Part shown: one piece after another, positions 49,501 through 62,139 of the stretch
Layout of the letters: each line of letters starts with the position of its first letter
How positions within the stretch are numbered: the stretch's first letter is position 1
Source: Octopus sinensis
Lineage: Eukaryota
DNA: 64,000 bases
Direction: 5' to 3'
Assembly: GCF_006345805.1 (NCBI RefSeq)
Contig: NC_042999.1
Location: forward strand, 123,876,001 to 123,940,000
Position numbers and translations under genes: made by a program
The notes under the pieces: model-generated
Seen by the model: the letters and a program-made list of their open reading frames with translations, nothing else
What the model was told of the DNA's origin: nothing
Database searches by the model: none

Positions 49501-50306
49501 TCTCTGCTTTTATCTAAAGATAACCCTTTTCCCTTTTTTATATTTTTTGCTAGATTTGTAAAATGATAAACTTTTTATGGAGTAGTTTTCATTACATGAA
49601 AGAATGAATCATCAGCTCTGCTGACAAGACTGACTTATATCTGTATGCATGTGTTATGTGTACTTGTATCTATGCATAGATGTATGTTGTTTTCCTTTTT
49701 AATTAATTTTTGAATTCTTCCTATAAGGAAGAAGCTGAATTCTGACAAAGAAAAATAAGTTCCATCACTTGAACCTAGATTATAAAATAATGACATGTTA
49801 TATGTTGAACTGTAAAGGAATCTTTAATAATTTTACTGTTCTACTTAGAGTTTCTATCTGTAAAGTGCATTTTCACTGGTCCCTTTCTTTGCCTGAAAAC
49901 CATAGCTTTCTAAGATTATCTCATAGATAAGTAATGCCATAACCAAGAGCACCAATAGTTATAGCTGTAAATACATGAATTTATAATCTGAGTAGAGACA
50001 CTGCAGATTTCAAAGAATTTCTCTGTAAATATTCTCTTTCTCACCAATTTTGAAAGAAATGTTCAAACCTGTTAAGCAATTAACTCTATGACTACATAAT
50101 TTCATTTTCTTCCCCAAACAATTACATTGGGCCTGTTTATACTTGGTAGAAGTTTTGATTGGAATTTTCCACAAATATTCCTTTTGTTGATTTATGTATT
50201 TATTTGGCAAAATATTTTCTGTATATATATCCTACAGTAATTTTTCCTCTGAACAACAGCATTACATATTATTTTAGCCATATCACGTTGTACTGGAAGG
50301 TGGTAC

Positions 50307-50352
50307 CTTGATGACATTTTTGAACAGCTGCAGATCCCATGTGTAATGCCTT
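50307..50352 (-). CDS. Possible upstream small exon (KALHMGSAAVQKCHQ or EGITHGICSCSKMSS)
   Basis: ACATTTCTGCAG| acceptor and AAG|GTACCA donor; two frames open, each compatible with one acceptor of the 40.4-kb exon. Confidence 0.25.
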
Positions 50353-50937
50353 CTGCAGAAATGTGATATAATTGTAATTTTCTATCACATCTTGGGAGTT
50401 TTAAAGCTAACCCTTCTACTACTAAAGAGCTACTAAAACCTTGGTTTTTATGGTACAAAATTATTCTTAAAATTTATCTAAATTAAAATCTATCAAAATT
50501 TCAATTTGATTTCTGCTCCAAACATCAGCTTAATAATGTTATAGTTATTTTATTAAATACTTCACAACTTTCAAAATTAATTGAAACAAAGAGAGCGTAA
50601 TTTTAATAGAAATTTGGTAACAAAAGGGAAAATGCACCTTTCTATAATATATTTTCTTCAAAATGTATTTATTTCTAATACTCGTTATGTGAAACAGATT
50701 GGATATGAAGACCATTGATGTAAAGATTTTGTGTTTAGGGAGCAGTTTTTTAATGTTCAGCTGTCAGAAGTGAATATTTCTTCTCATCAAACATCATTTC
50801 TTTATCAGAGTGTTACAAAATTCAGCTGGCTTCAAAGCATTGTAAAGATATTTCTAATATAGACTTTTAGCTCTTCTAGAAAGAAGTTATGGATTATATT
50901 GGTGTGTCTTGTTATTGTAGAGCCTAACACATAACTA

Positions 50938-51359
50938 CTCTTACTCTCTTTTTACTCTTTTACTTGTTTCAGTCATTTGACTGCGGCCATGCTGGAGCAC
51001 CACCTTTAGTTGAGCAAATCAACCCCGGGACTAATTCTTTGTAAGCCCAGTACTTATTCTATCGGTCTCTTTTGCCGAACCACTAAGTGATGGGGACGTA
51101 AACACACCAGCATCGGTTGTCAAGCAATGCTAGGGGGACAAACACAGACACACAAACATATACACACACACTTATATATATATATACATATATACGACAG
51201 GCTTCTTTCAGTTTCCGTCTACCAAATCCACTCGCAAGGCATTGGTCAGCCCGGGACTATAGCAGAAGACACTTGCCCAAGATGCCACGCAGTGGGACTG
51301 AACCCAGGACCATGTGGTTGGTTAGCAAGCTACTTACCACACAGCCACTCCTGCGCCTA
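50938..51359 (-). mobile_element. SINE family A (young, CpG-rich)
   Basis: Complete, well-preserved copy. Confidence 0.93.
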
Positions 51360-51544
51360 CTGTATGTTTTTAAAAGACATTATTGTATTTAGTGCCAAGT
51401 AAACAGAAACAAAAATAGACGGTATCCTTGGAATATTCTCTTTGAAATATTTATAACCTGAGAGACAACTGTTCCACATTCAATTACAACTTGGAAGATT
51501 GTTGGCCAAGCCTTTGTGAGGCTTTTAATGGCAGTAACTAAAGC

Positions 51545-51745
51545 AGCAGTGCAATGAATATATGTATGCATGTGTATGTTTACGTATGTGTATGTTTATG
51601 TATGTGTATATATGTATATATATGTATGTATGTACATGTGTGTGTATGTTTATTTATGTGTATATATGTACATATATATGTATGTGTTTGTGTGTGCATG
51701 TGTGTTTGTATTCATAGATGAATGTATGCATGTATGTGTGATTTT
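51545..51745. repeat. TG/TA low-complexity tract
   Basis: Read directly; further TA tracts at 52030-52145, 54360-54430, 54770-54980 and 55150-55545. Confidence 0.9.
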
Positions 51746-52047
51746 TCTTTGAGTTTAAAAAAATTCTTCTTGAGAGAGTTTAAGCCAATTGCTAACAAAG
51801 CAAAAGTTCCTCATGTTTGTAAATATGTGGTTGAGTTGGTGCATTGGTTGAGTCGTCTATGCATACACCCAAGTGTGTGCATCTATTCACATAAGAATCT
51901 CAGATGGCGGACTTTTGGAATGTCTTACAAATCTTCACTGTGCCACTAATAGATTCGATTTGGAGAATCCATATCAATTTCCTTTGCTCTTTTTCTGTGA
52001 AAGCAAGTGTTTCAAGGTTTTTATGCAAAATGAATGTATGTATGTAC

Positions 52048-52114
<67 letters not shown>

Positions 52115-53134
52115 CATACATATATACAACTATGTGTATATAAATATAAACTAACATTTGATTTTTGTTTTTTTTTTATAAGTGCTGAAATGTGTATTGC
52201 AGGATCTAAATAAGATGATAATTTAATTTCAAACACAGATTAATTTGTAATGGTAAAGCACTTGGCAGGAGTCTTCAAGGGATGTGGGTTTGAGTCCTAT
52301 GGCTGGTTGTTGACAAATTTTTCTGCTTTGTAAGAGTAATTTACCCAATATTTCTGCTATTCTAACAGCATTTCTGCATTCGAAAATAAATTATTATCTT
52401 ATTTGTATCCTGCAATACATATATATGCAAATTTGCATGCATGTCACTGCAGTGTCAGATGACAATGTTATATAATAATCTGTTCATGTTTATGTTGTTG
52501 TTGATTAAACTGGCAAATCCACCAAGAAGCCTTGGTGGATAGGGTTGAATTTTAAACACCCAGGGGGAATTAAAAACAAAATCTAATGATGAATGAATGC
52601 AGGAGTGTCTACTACCATCCAATAGTGCATGTACATGAATGTGAATGTATTAGCATATTAATAAATGTGTTTAAGTACATATAAAAAGAGATAATCTAAT
52701 ATGAAATCTGTAGTGTTTATAACCCATGGTCATTTTGCATTTCTTTGAAGTTTTTTGTTTGTTTGTTTTTTGGCTTCATTTATTGTTTGTTTTTTTTTTT
52801 TTGCTTCATTTATTTTTTTTTTTTTTTTTTTTTTTTTTGCTTGTTGCTAACAACTTCAAATATTTAGAAAGGGTACTTGCATTGCACATGTCTTTGGTAT
52901 TTTTGTTTTCATTTTGTTGTCAATACAAGTAAGAACTTTCTTCAAATCACAAATAGATGGTTGACCTATCATTTTGTTTTGGGGTATGACACATGCCTGC
53001 AAGAATGAAATCCCACCATTCCCATAGTTTACTTTATTTTTTGATAGTATAATACATGGATAGTAATCAAAAATGGACAAAGTGCTTTGGTTGCTTATAC
53101 AGTTACATTCTCTACTGAAGTGCGGCCTGTGTTT

Positions 53135-53640
53135 CATCATCATCATCATCATCATCCTTTAACGTCCACTTTCCATGCTAGCATGGGTTGGACGATTTGA
53201 CTGAGGACTGGCGAACCAGATGGCTGCGCCAGGTTCCAATCTGATCTGGCAGAGTTTCTACGGCTGGATGCCCTTCCTAATGCCAACCACTCTGAGAGTG
53301 TAGTGGGTGCTTTTACGTGCCTCCGGCACAAGGGCCAGTCTGGCGGTTCTGGCAACGGCCACGCTCGAAATGGTGTTTTTTACATGCCACCTAAACAGGA
53401 GTTAGTCCAGCAGCACTGGCAATGACCTCGCTTGAATGTTTAGTTCATGTGCCAGTAAGGCGATGTTGGTAATGATCACGCTCAAATGGTGCTTTTTACG
53501 TGCCCACCAGCACGGAAGCCAGACAGCTGCTCTGGCAGTGATCCCACTTGGATGGAACTATTAGCACTCCACTGGTATGGGTGCCAGTCATCGAATTTGG
53601 TTCAAATTTCGATTTGTCTACGAGTTGAAATTTTGTTCTT
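53135..53640 (-). mobile_element. RTE-type 3' tail (long copy with internal repeats)
   Basis: (CAT)n-CCTTTAACGTCCACTTTCCATGCTAGCATGGG..; repeated ACGCTCxAAATGGTGxTTTTTAC units. Confidence 0.8.
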
Positions 53641-53789
53641 GCTATGCTGGTGTATGTTTATGAACATGATGGTTCATGACAGATAGTAAATGCATGTGGC
53701 TTAGTGGTCAGGGTATTCAACTCATGATCAAGTCAAAAATCATCATCATTTGTTTGTAAGCATGTATGTCTGTGTGTATGTGTGTGTGC

Positions 53790-53827
<38 letters not shown>

Positions 53828-53889
53828 CAGTGTGTATGCATATGTAAGTGTGTGCATAAATGTATGTAAGTATAAAATACCTTCGAAGG

Positions 53890-54170
53890 CATGTGGCATA
53901 GTGTTAGGGTACTCAGCTCTTAGTCATAAACAAGGGCATGGGTTGAATTGTTGGCAGCACATTGTATTGCTCCAGTTCACTAAGCTGGCAAAAATTAGTA
54001 GTACCTCTATTTTAAAGGGCCGACCATATCACATTCTGTGTCAGGCCGAATCTCCCTGAGAACTTACACTAAATGTACGCATGTCTATGGAGTGCTCAGC
54101 CACTTGCATGTTAGTTTCACAAGCAGACAATTGTATTGATCAGATCAGCTGAAAACCATCATTATCATAG
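53890..54170 (+). mobile_element. tRNA-headed SINE related to family C with a different body
   Basis: GCATGTGGCATAGTGTTAGGG head; GCTCCAGTTCACTAAGCTGGCAAAA core. Confidence 0.6.
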
Positions 54171-54384
54171 CTGATGGAGAGTCGGCAAAGTAAAATAAAG
54201 TAAATAAAATACGACAACATGTAACAATGGTGTTATGTGTAACATGTAACATGCAAGTACACAATGGTACTTCCATTAAGAGAAACAACAGCAATAACAA
54301 TTGACACCTTCTGTTTTGTATGCCTGGATAGGTAGATGGAAGCAAGACATTTAAACCATCAGAAACACAAACACACACACACAC

Positions 54385-54430
<46 letters not shown>

Positions 54431-54797
54431 GATAATACATAATATTGGAAGCTAGAGATAAGACAGAACTAAAACTATTGTTAAAATTAGAATATTAGAA
54501 TACACAGTTATTTCATACAATGTCCATTTTATATTAGTAGACAGCTTAGTTTGAAAGATAAACAGTCTAGTAACATTAACAAATTATCATTACATGTAGA
54601 AGAAGAGAAAGAAAAGAAACGAAGAAATCAACAAGCAAACAAATTATTTTACTTTGCTGTCTATTGGTGTGAATATGTATTTATAAGTTGGTGTGTTTAT
54701 ACTTCTTGTGAATATTAACATGTGAGTATTTTTATGAGTATGTTGGTACATATATAAATCTATATACTCATTCACACGTATACATATATACATGCAT

Positions 54798-54831
<34 letters not shown>

Positions 54832-55176
54832 AATATATGTGCACTTCTCTATGTAGGTATGTGTGTGTATATATATATATATATGCATGCATATGTATGC
54901 ATATATGTATCTATAAACTGTATAGCTTTGTATGCCTTCAGTGAATCTCTGTGTGTATGCATGTGTGTGTGTACGTGTGTGTGCTAGTGTTTATATTGGT
55001 GAAGGTAAACTGTTGATGGAAATACAGCCGTTAGGGAATGCATATTTAATATTATTCAGAAAAATGGTAGTATTATGTTTAAACTGGTCCCCTGTGACTT
55101 GCTAATCTTGTAATTTGTAACAATAATATATAAATTATTCATGGAGTGCGTATGGGTATGTACTTTCATGTATGTG

Positions 55177-55207
<31 letters not shown>

Positions 55208-56344
55208 GCATGTGTGTATGTGTATATATATATATATGTAAGCATGTGTGTGTATATATATGTATATATATATTTATTTATTTATTTATTTACATCTAGC
55301 ACATGAATGTATTAGGTTGAAATGCTTGTACTCACATTTGCACACAGACAGACATATGCACTTGTATGAGTCCATCACTTCAATATATACACATACATAT
55401 ATACAATTGCTTATATATACATGTGTATGTATGTGTTTGTGTGTATGTATATATATATATATATATATAAACGCACATATATATATATATATATATATAC
55501 ATACATAAATATGTATAGATAGATAGATAAATAGAAAGATAGATAGTGCACACATTTATAATATTTAATATTCTTTTGCCTAAGACAGGTTTACGCCAAT
55601 ATTAAGCATTGGAAGTTGTATTAGTATTCCATTATTATTATTATCATCACCACCTTCACCATCATTTATTTTATTTATTTATTTATCTATCTATTTATTT
55701 TTGGTACATTCAGGAGTATGCTTGTTTAAATAACTCAGTCCAGATCCTTCTTTACCATACAGTGGTTTCTTAGATCTTCATAAGAAATTGAATTCTTTCA
55801 CTATTCATTGATGGAGTAGTAGTTCTATTGTTGATGTTGTTGTTGTTGTTGTTTAGACCAAGCTAATTCCTGATTGATCAGATGTGTGATCAAAGGTGTT
55901 CATTCAAGTAGCAACAATTGCCACTTTTTGGATATGTGGGACAACATTGTCTTTCCTTCATTAAAATGGTAAGAGATATGATTTGGGAAAATTTGGTTGC
56001 TATTTTGAGCAGATTCAGCTATAATATAGATTTGTCTTTGTCGCTTCATGACAAAAGTTACGATGTGACGATGATGGTGATAATGGTGATGAGAAGGTGA
56101 ATTAAGAGTAAAAACTGTTATAATAATAGATGATGATGAAGACAGAAAGGAAGTTATACTGATAACAACAATGAATATGTTGACAAAAATAATAATGGTG
56201 AGGGGAGGGAAGTTTTAGGCTTGAAGGTAACTGAATTATTCATTCATCATTCTAACTAAAACTACAGTTCTAGATAACAATCCTTCCCAGTATCTCTTGA
56301 GAACTTCAGGTCTAGTTCCTAATTTTAACTTGGTATCATAAATA

Positions 56345-56810
56345 TTGGTTTCGAATTTTGGCACAAGGCCAGAAAGTTTGGGAGAGATGGTAAGTCAATT
56401 ACATCGACCCCAGTGTTCAACAGGTACATATTTTATTGATCCCCAAAAGGATGAAAGGCAATGCCAACTCCAGCAGAATTTGAACTCAGAACGTAAGATG
56501 GACAAACTGCAGCTAAGCATTTTACCCAGCATGCTAACAACTCTGCCAGCTCACTGCCTTCTTGGCATCATAAATATTGAAGAATTAAGCATTGAAGACT
56601 ATTTACCTTTATTGGTTTCAAATTTTGGCACAAGGCAAGCAATTTTGGGGGAGGGTGTAAGTCAATTATGTCAACCCCAGCACTCAACTGGTACTTATTT
56701 CATCAACCCTGGAAGGATGAAAGGCAGAGTTTACTTTAGCAGAATTTGAACTCAGGATGTAATAACAAGTAAAATGCCATTAAGTATTTTTCCCAGTATG
56801 CTAACTATTT
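56345..56810 (-). mobile_element. Two tandem family B SINEs
   Basis: Copies at 56345-56560 and 56612-56810; CTTGGYATCATAAATATTG flanks the first copy on both sides. Confidence 0.87.
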
Positions 56811-57739
56811 ACCTATATTGTATATCATATTTTCAAATGATAGAGGCTGTGTTTACTTTTAGCATAGGTTGATGGCGGATCCTTGATCAAAGATGGCAAG
56901 GAATATCCAGTTGTTCAATCAACTCAAGTATCTACTTGGTAAATTAGTGCCTAAGTAGCTGAGTATTCCATGGACATATGTACCCTTACCATAATTCATA
57001 GGCCTAATGAATATGACAGTGAGTAAAACAAGGCTAGAACTTTGAATTACAAAGACAAACTATCTGACAGGTTTCCTTACAGTTTCTGTCTATTCAATTT
57101 TACTCACAATGCTTGGATTAAGTTAAGGCTATAGTAAAAATCATTTGGCAAAGATGCTACCCAAAATGGTTAATCTCCAGTACCTCCTTATTGAAAAAAT
57201 CCTTTTAACCACTCAGCCATGCCTACATCCATCAATACATACTTTCAGTTTAAGGTCAGAGCTTTTTCATTTAAGATATGGAGGAAGAGCAGATCCATAG
57301 ATTTTGTAGGCACACTCATCAAGCTGATTCAGTTTTAATCAATTTAAATTTCAGAGTTCTCTCCCTTGCCTACCTGGTTATAATTGTCATTAATGTCCTA
57401 GTCTTAAATTGCTGTCCAGCAATGTTTATTCAGACACATTTTGCGATGTCGGGCGCAAAAATAACTTAAGCTAAGCCTGAAAGCAATGAAGTCATAAAAG
57501 AATCATCCATGACTTGCAATAAGCAATATTTATTAAACGTTATTACTGTTATTTCTTTATTTTCTGCAAACAAAATGCACAAAAAAGCTACACGTTTGCA
57601 TTATATTATATATACAATAATAAAGGACGTCACCGCATACATTTTTACAAACCAAGAACGTTATATAGACCTCCTTGACTCAAGTTAGAGAAGGGGTGTG
57701 TATTACACACAGGGTTTAGGTTTTTCAGAGGTACAACCC

Positions 57740-57797
57740 CCTAAAAATCCCTTGCATATTATACTCAAGGGCAGACTATACTCGAGGATTTACAGTA
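57740..57797 (-). mobile_element. Solo Tc2/pogo-like terminal inverted repeat
   Basis: Reverse complement TACTGTAAATCCTCGAGTATAGTCTGCCCTTGAGTATAA resembles TACCGTA-type TIRs; partner end not found. Confidence 0.45.
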
Positions 57798-57823
57798 TAT
57801 ATTTGTATTTATGTGCTGCGTAT

Positions 57824-57881
57824 ATTCCACTGATGAGGCAAAGCATTTCTTATGCAAAGCCAGAAATCCAGGATCTGGAAT
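57824..57881 (+). ncRNA. Type I hammerhead ribozyme-like motif
   Basis: Perfect stem I AUUCCA/UGGAAU; CUGAUGA 57830-36; stem II GGC/GCC plus GCAU/AUGC; GAAA 57863-66; palindromic stem III AUCC-A-GGAU; triplet AUC. One extra A at 57862. Confidence 0.75.
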
Positions 57882-58199
57882 TATCCAGTAATTTTTTTGC
57901 TAGTTTATTTTGACTTTTTGTCTTCTCTCTTGGTGCTGTATGAACTTTTAATGAGGTTTTAGAGTCAAGTCTTGGCTGCTATTTCAAGCGTTGTGGTATC
58001 TCTTAGATACCCTAAATTATAATTTTAATAATAATTATTACCTTTGAAGGTTTTTATTCCCATGCTGGCCACTTGATAAGTTTGATATTTAAATAATGAT
58101 CTTATTCTTATTCATATAAATTTATATATATATACTTACATACATCAATACATACATATCTGTGCGTGCATGCATGTATATGCGTGTGTTTGTGCATGG

Positions 58200-58575
58200 G
58201 GAGGCTTTGTTGTAACCTAGCATCACCATCATTACAAATCATGTCTTTCATTTCCAGTCTTCCACATAAACATGTCCATACAGGGAGAAATATTCCTTTG
58301 CTTGGAAAACAGGTGTGGCTTGGTGACAGCAAGAGCATCCTGCTGTAGAAAACTGGCCTCAACGAATTTCATCAGATTCAGGCAAGCGTGAAATAAAATG
58401 GATATTAAAATGCTGCTGATGATTATGACAACGATGATGATGATGGTGATGATCATGACAATAATAAGGATGATGGTGCTGATGATGACGATGATGATGA
58501 AGATGATAATGATGATGATGATGATGATGGTGGTGGTGATGCTGGTGGTGATGGTGATAATGATGATGATGGGGA
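58200..58575 (+). mobile_element. RTE-type 3' tail with expanded (GAT)n/(GGT)n tail
   Basis: Similar to 2060-2170; trinucleotide tail at 58415-58575. Confidence 0.6.
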
Positions 58576-58840
58576 TACTTTTGAATTCTTTAGATAATGT
58601 GGCCAGCTATGAAAATTTTCATAAACAAAATCTAAAATCCCATTCTTTTTCAATCAGAGGAAGTCAGACTACTACTAAAAAAAAATAATGCGTCTCGTGT
58701 ATCGTTCATTTCTATGGAATTATGCATTGATAAAATGTTTGACTCAGTGTGCAGCTTCTAATCACTGCACAAACAGATTTTTGCAACACAGTGAGGTATC
58801 TATTTGTTTAAATGTTAATACTTGAGCTCATTGATTTCAA

Positions 58841-59548
58841 TATTATTTATTTCCCTAAAGGCGACGAGCTGGCAGAATCGTTAGCATGCCAGGCAAAATG
58901 CTTAGTGGCATTTCATCTGTCTTTATGTTCTGAGTTCAAATTTCACCAAGGTCAACTTTGTTTTTCATCCTCTCAGGATAGATAATACAAGTACCAGTTG
59001 AGTACTGGAGTCAATGTAATGGACTCATCCTATCCCCCAGAACTGCTGCCCTTGTGACAAAATTTGAAACTAATATTTTCTTCCCTAAAGGTGGTAAGCT
59101 GGCAAAATTGTTGGTGCACTAGGCAAAATGCTTAACAGCATTTTGACCCATATGGACGTTCTGAGTTCAAAATCTGCTGAGGCTGACTTTGCCTTTCATT
59201 CTTTCAGGGTCAGTAAAATAAGTACCCATTGAGCACAGGGGGTCGATGTAATTTACCAGCTCTGTCCCCTGTCCCAATTTCAGGCCTTGTGCTTATAGTA
59301 GAAAGAAATATTTATTTCCCTAATGCAGCAAGCTGGCAGAATTGTTAGTACACTGAGTAAAATGCTTGGCAGCATTTCATGTCTCGAAATTAGTTCAAAT
59401 TCTGATATGGTCATCTTTGCTTTTCATTCCTTCATGGTCAATAAAATAAGTGCCAGTTGAACTGGTGTCGATGCAATCAACTTAACCTTCAACCTAAAAC
59501 TGCTGGCGCTGCATGAAAATTTGAAACCATTTTAACTTACTTCCCTAG
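58841..59548 (+). mobile_element. Head-to-tail array of three family B SINEs with a repeated TTTCCCTAA spacer
   Basis: Copies start at about 58858, 59088 and 59323; the spacer motif occurs four times. Confidence 0.88.
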
Positions 59549-60309
59549 TTTTTATCCTACCCAGTATAGGGTTAACTATTTTAATTTTTATTTATTTATT
59601 TTATTATTTTTTATCTTTTTCTTTTACTTGTTTCAGTCACTGAAACAAATATCATGGCCACAAGATAGAAACCACTCACCTCTCAGTCAACTGTCCAATA
59701 CCCAATCAACTCACCCATCCATGTTTTGAACTCATTTTTATTTTTAATATTTTACCATAAAGTAATAATTACAATGTCAAAATGTGATGTGAGTGGTTAA
59801 CACAGCATAGCATGTAACTAAATGATGTTAAATAACTGAAGTTCATATTCATGTTACAGTTTTCAAAATCTTGCCAGGGTAGAATTAACCTTTCCATCAT
59901 CAAGGATCAATATTTTAAGTACTTGTCATGTATTGAGGTCAATTTTATCAACACCTTGAACTATAGAGTTTTGCCTCTGCAAGAAATTAATGTTGAGTAG
60001 CTGGCTGCATGTTGAAAGTAATTGAGAATATTCAAGACTGGCTGTATTTGTCAAGTCCCAGGTTATCCCTAATCAAACAAACCTGTGATAAAAGTGTTTC
60101 AGCCCTGATAAAGTTATATTATTTTGGTAAGGTGTAGTTTGAGAGAAATTTGTTGTCTCATAGCAGCTGGAGCAATCCTGTAATATAGGGTTCTCAAACC
60201 AAGATGTGCTTATTTTTATGCCTTGCAAGATAAATTGTAAGCATTCGCAAGGTTTTTTTTTTTTTTTCATTTTATTTTCTCTTGCTGGATCTGAAAGAAG
60301 GGCAGGACT

Positions 60310-61800
60310 TCCTAGACACATGAAATAGATGCCATTAATGTTCTTCTTGATCCTTTGCAAACCAACAACTTCAGGAAAGGCATTAGCAGAAAGAGAGATT
60401 TCCAAAGGCTGACATTCTAGGAAAGAAGGACAGAGTGTGGTGATTAGTTAAGAGCTTGACAAGGCTGAACACTTGTTAGAGAGAGGAAGAGAGAGAGTAT
60501 GAGTGAAAAGAGAGAAAAAAGAGAGGGAGAGAGAAAAGAGAGGAAGAGTGAAAAGTGAGGAAGAACGAAAAAAGTGTGAGTGGAGGTAGCATGAGCCTAG
60601 CCAACTGAGAGAGGAAGCAGCACATCAGTGGATCAAAGACTGCAGTGCGTCTGTGAGTGACTTTTTTGGATGCAGTCTAAGGTGTCTCTGTGTGCAACAA
60701 TATTGTTCCAGATATGAGAGCAATGCACCAATGTGGGCTTCATCTGAGCTTGTCAATAATTGATCAATGGTTGTTAGAGGGTGAAGTATTTTCTGACCTT
60801 GAAGAAAGGGTCATGATGAAGCAGTCCTACTATGTTATGGATAGGCATTTACCATAACATATCCTTAGTGATAGTAAAACCCAATATTTGGAGCGATCAT
60901 AGGGTGGGGTGGGTTCTAGTTGAGAACTGCTCATGATTAAGAATGGATGGGTGTGGTGCAATGATGTCTTCTCAACATACTCTTTACTTTTTTTTTACTC
61001 TCTTTTACTTGTTTCAGTCATGTGACTGTGGTCATGCTGGAGCACCCTCTTTAGTCGAGCAAGTCGACCCCAGAACTTATTCTTTGTAAGCCTAGTACTT
61101 ATTCTATTGGTCTCTTTTGCTGAACCACTAAGTTACGGGGATGTAAACACACCAGCATCAGTTGTCAAGTGATGTTGAGGGGACAAACACAGACACACAA
61201 ACATATACATACACATACATATATATATATATATACATATATACGACAGGCTTCTTTCAGTTACCGTCTACCAAATCCACTCACAAGGCTTTGGTTGGCC
61301 CAAGGCTATAGCAGAAGATACTTGCCCAAGGTGCCATGCAGTGGGACTGAACCCAGAATCAGGTGGTTCATAAGCAAGGTACTTACCACACAGCCACTCC
61401 TATGCCTATGAGTAGCATTTGTGTTTTTTTCCTGGAAAGCATCCTCCATTGCAATTTACTTTCAAGATCTCTATTCATGGAATCAGAATGTGTTTGGTAT
61501 AATCATCTAAGTTGTGAGCAAATGATGTATTATTGAGGATTTTCAGGGGAAAATGAAGGGTTGTATCATCATTGTAAGTGTTGATGTTGTCAGATGTGAT
61601 GGCAAATAAAGCATAGCTGTATAGGAGGAAAAGAGTTGGTGGGTGCAGCAAAACAGAACCTTGGGGAATGTCAAAGTTGATAGAATGAAGGAGAGAAAGA
61701 AACATATGCAGCAAAAGTGCAATCTGATAGGAAGCTACTGATCCAAGAAAATTAGAGGAATCCTAACCAACTAAACACGACTCATGAGTCTAGTAAATTT
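60310..61800 (-). mobile_element. Decayed CR1/L2-like LINE (RT to C-terminus), interrupted by SINE A
   Basis: INFDIPQGSVL..PTLFLLY..NINTYNDDTTLH (PQGS / YADD region); LQILGFTITKDMLW; QMKPTLVHCSHIW; NAFPEVVGLQRIKKNIN. Confidence 0.85.
60985..61409 (-). mobile_element. SINE family A nested in the CR1/L2-like LINE
   Basis: Complete copy. Confidence 0.92.
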
Positions 61801-62139
61801 GATATACAGTTGGCAAGCACTATACTCTGTACATCACACAACTGTTTCAATCATTGACAGTTATTTCTCTTGCTGGTTGCCTCCTCCAGAAACTAACACT
61901 CATCACAGAAAACTTGTTTCTTATATTTTCAGTTAATACCTTCAATCTTCTTTGTATCTATAACATGACTGAAAAATGTGTTCAGTCGATTGAAAGCTAC
62001 TATTTTTGTAAGTGTATTATAAAGTATTATGTCGTTTTAACACACCTATATCAGTTTAGAAGTACTTACTTGTGTATTCAGCCAACTAACTACTGAAATA
62101 TTTACTTTTTCCCCCCAAGGTAATTATGGCATCCTGTGG

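Noticed and set aside
57439-57480. GC hairpin as a Helitron 3' terminus
   Set aside because: No CTAG/CTRR end at the expected distance on either strand.
58398-58688. Poly-Met and poly-Ser ORFs
   Set aside because: Translations of the (GAT)n tail of an RTE-type repeat.
58841-59548. Repeat-spacer pattern superficially like a CRISPR array
   Set aside because: The 'spacers' are homologous ~210-bp SINEs, the DNA is eukaryotic and there are no cas genes.
5197-61411. Recurrent similar ORFs (..DRLLSVSVYQIHSQG..EDTCPRCH.., ..RLPNPL..) suggesting a gene family
   Set aside because: All fall within family A SINE copies; SINEs are non-coding.
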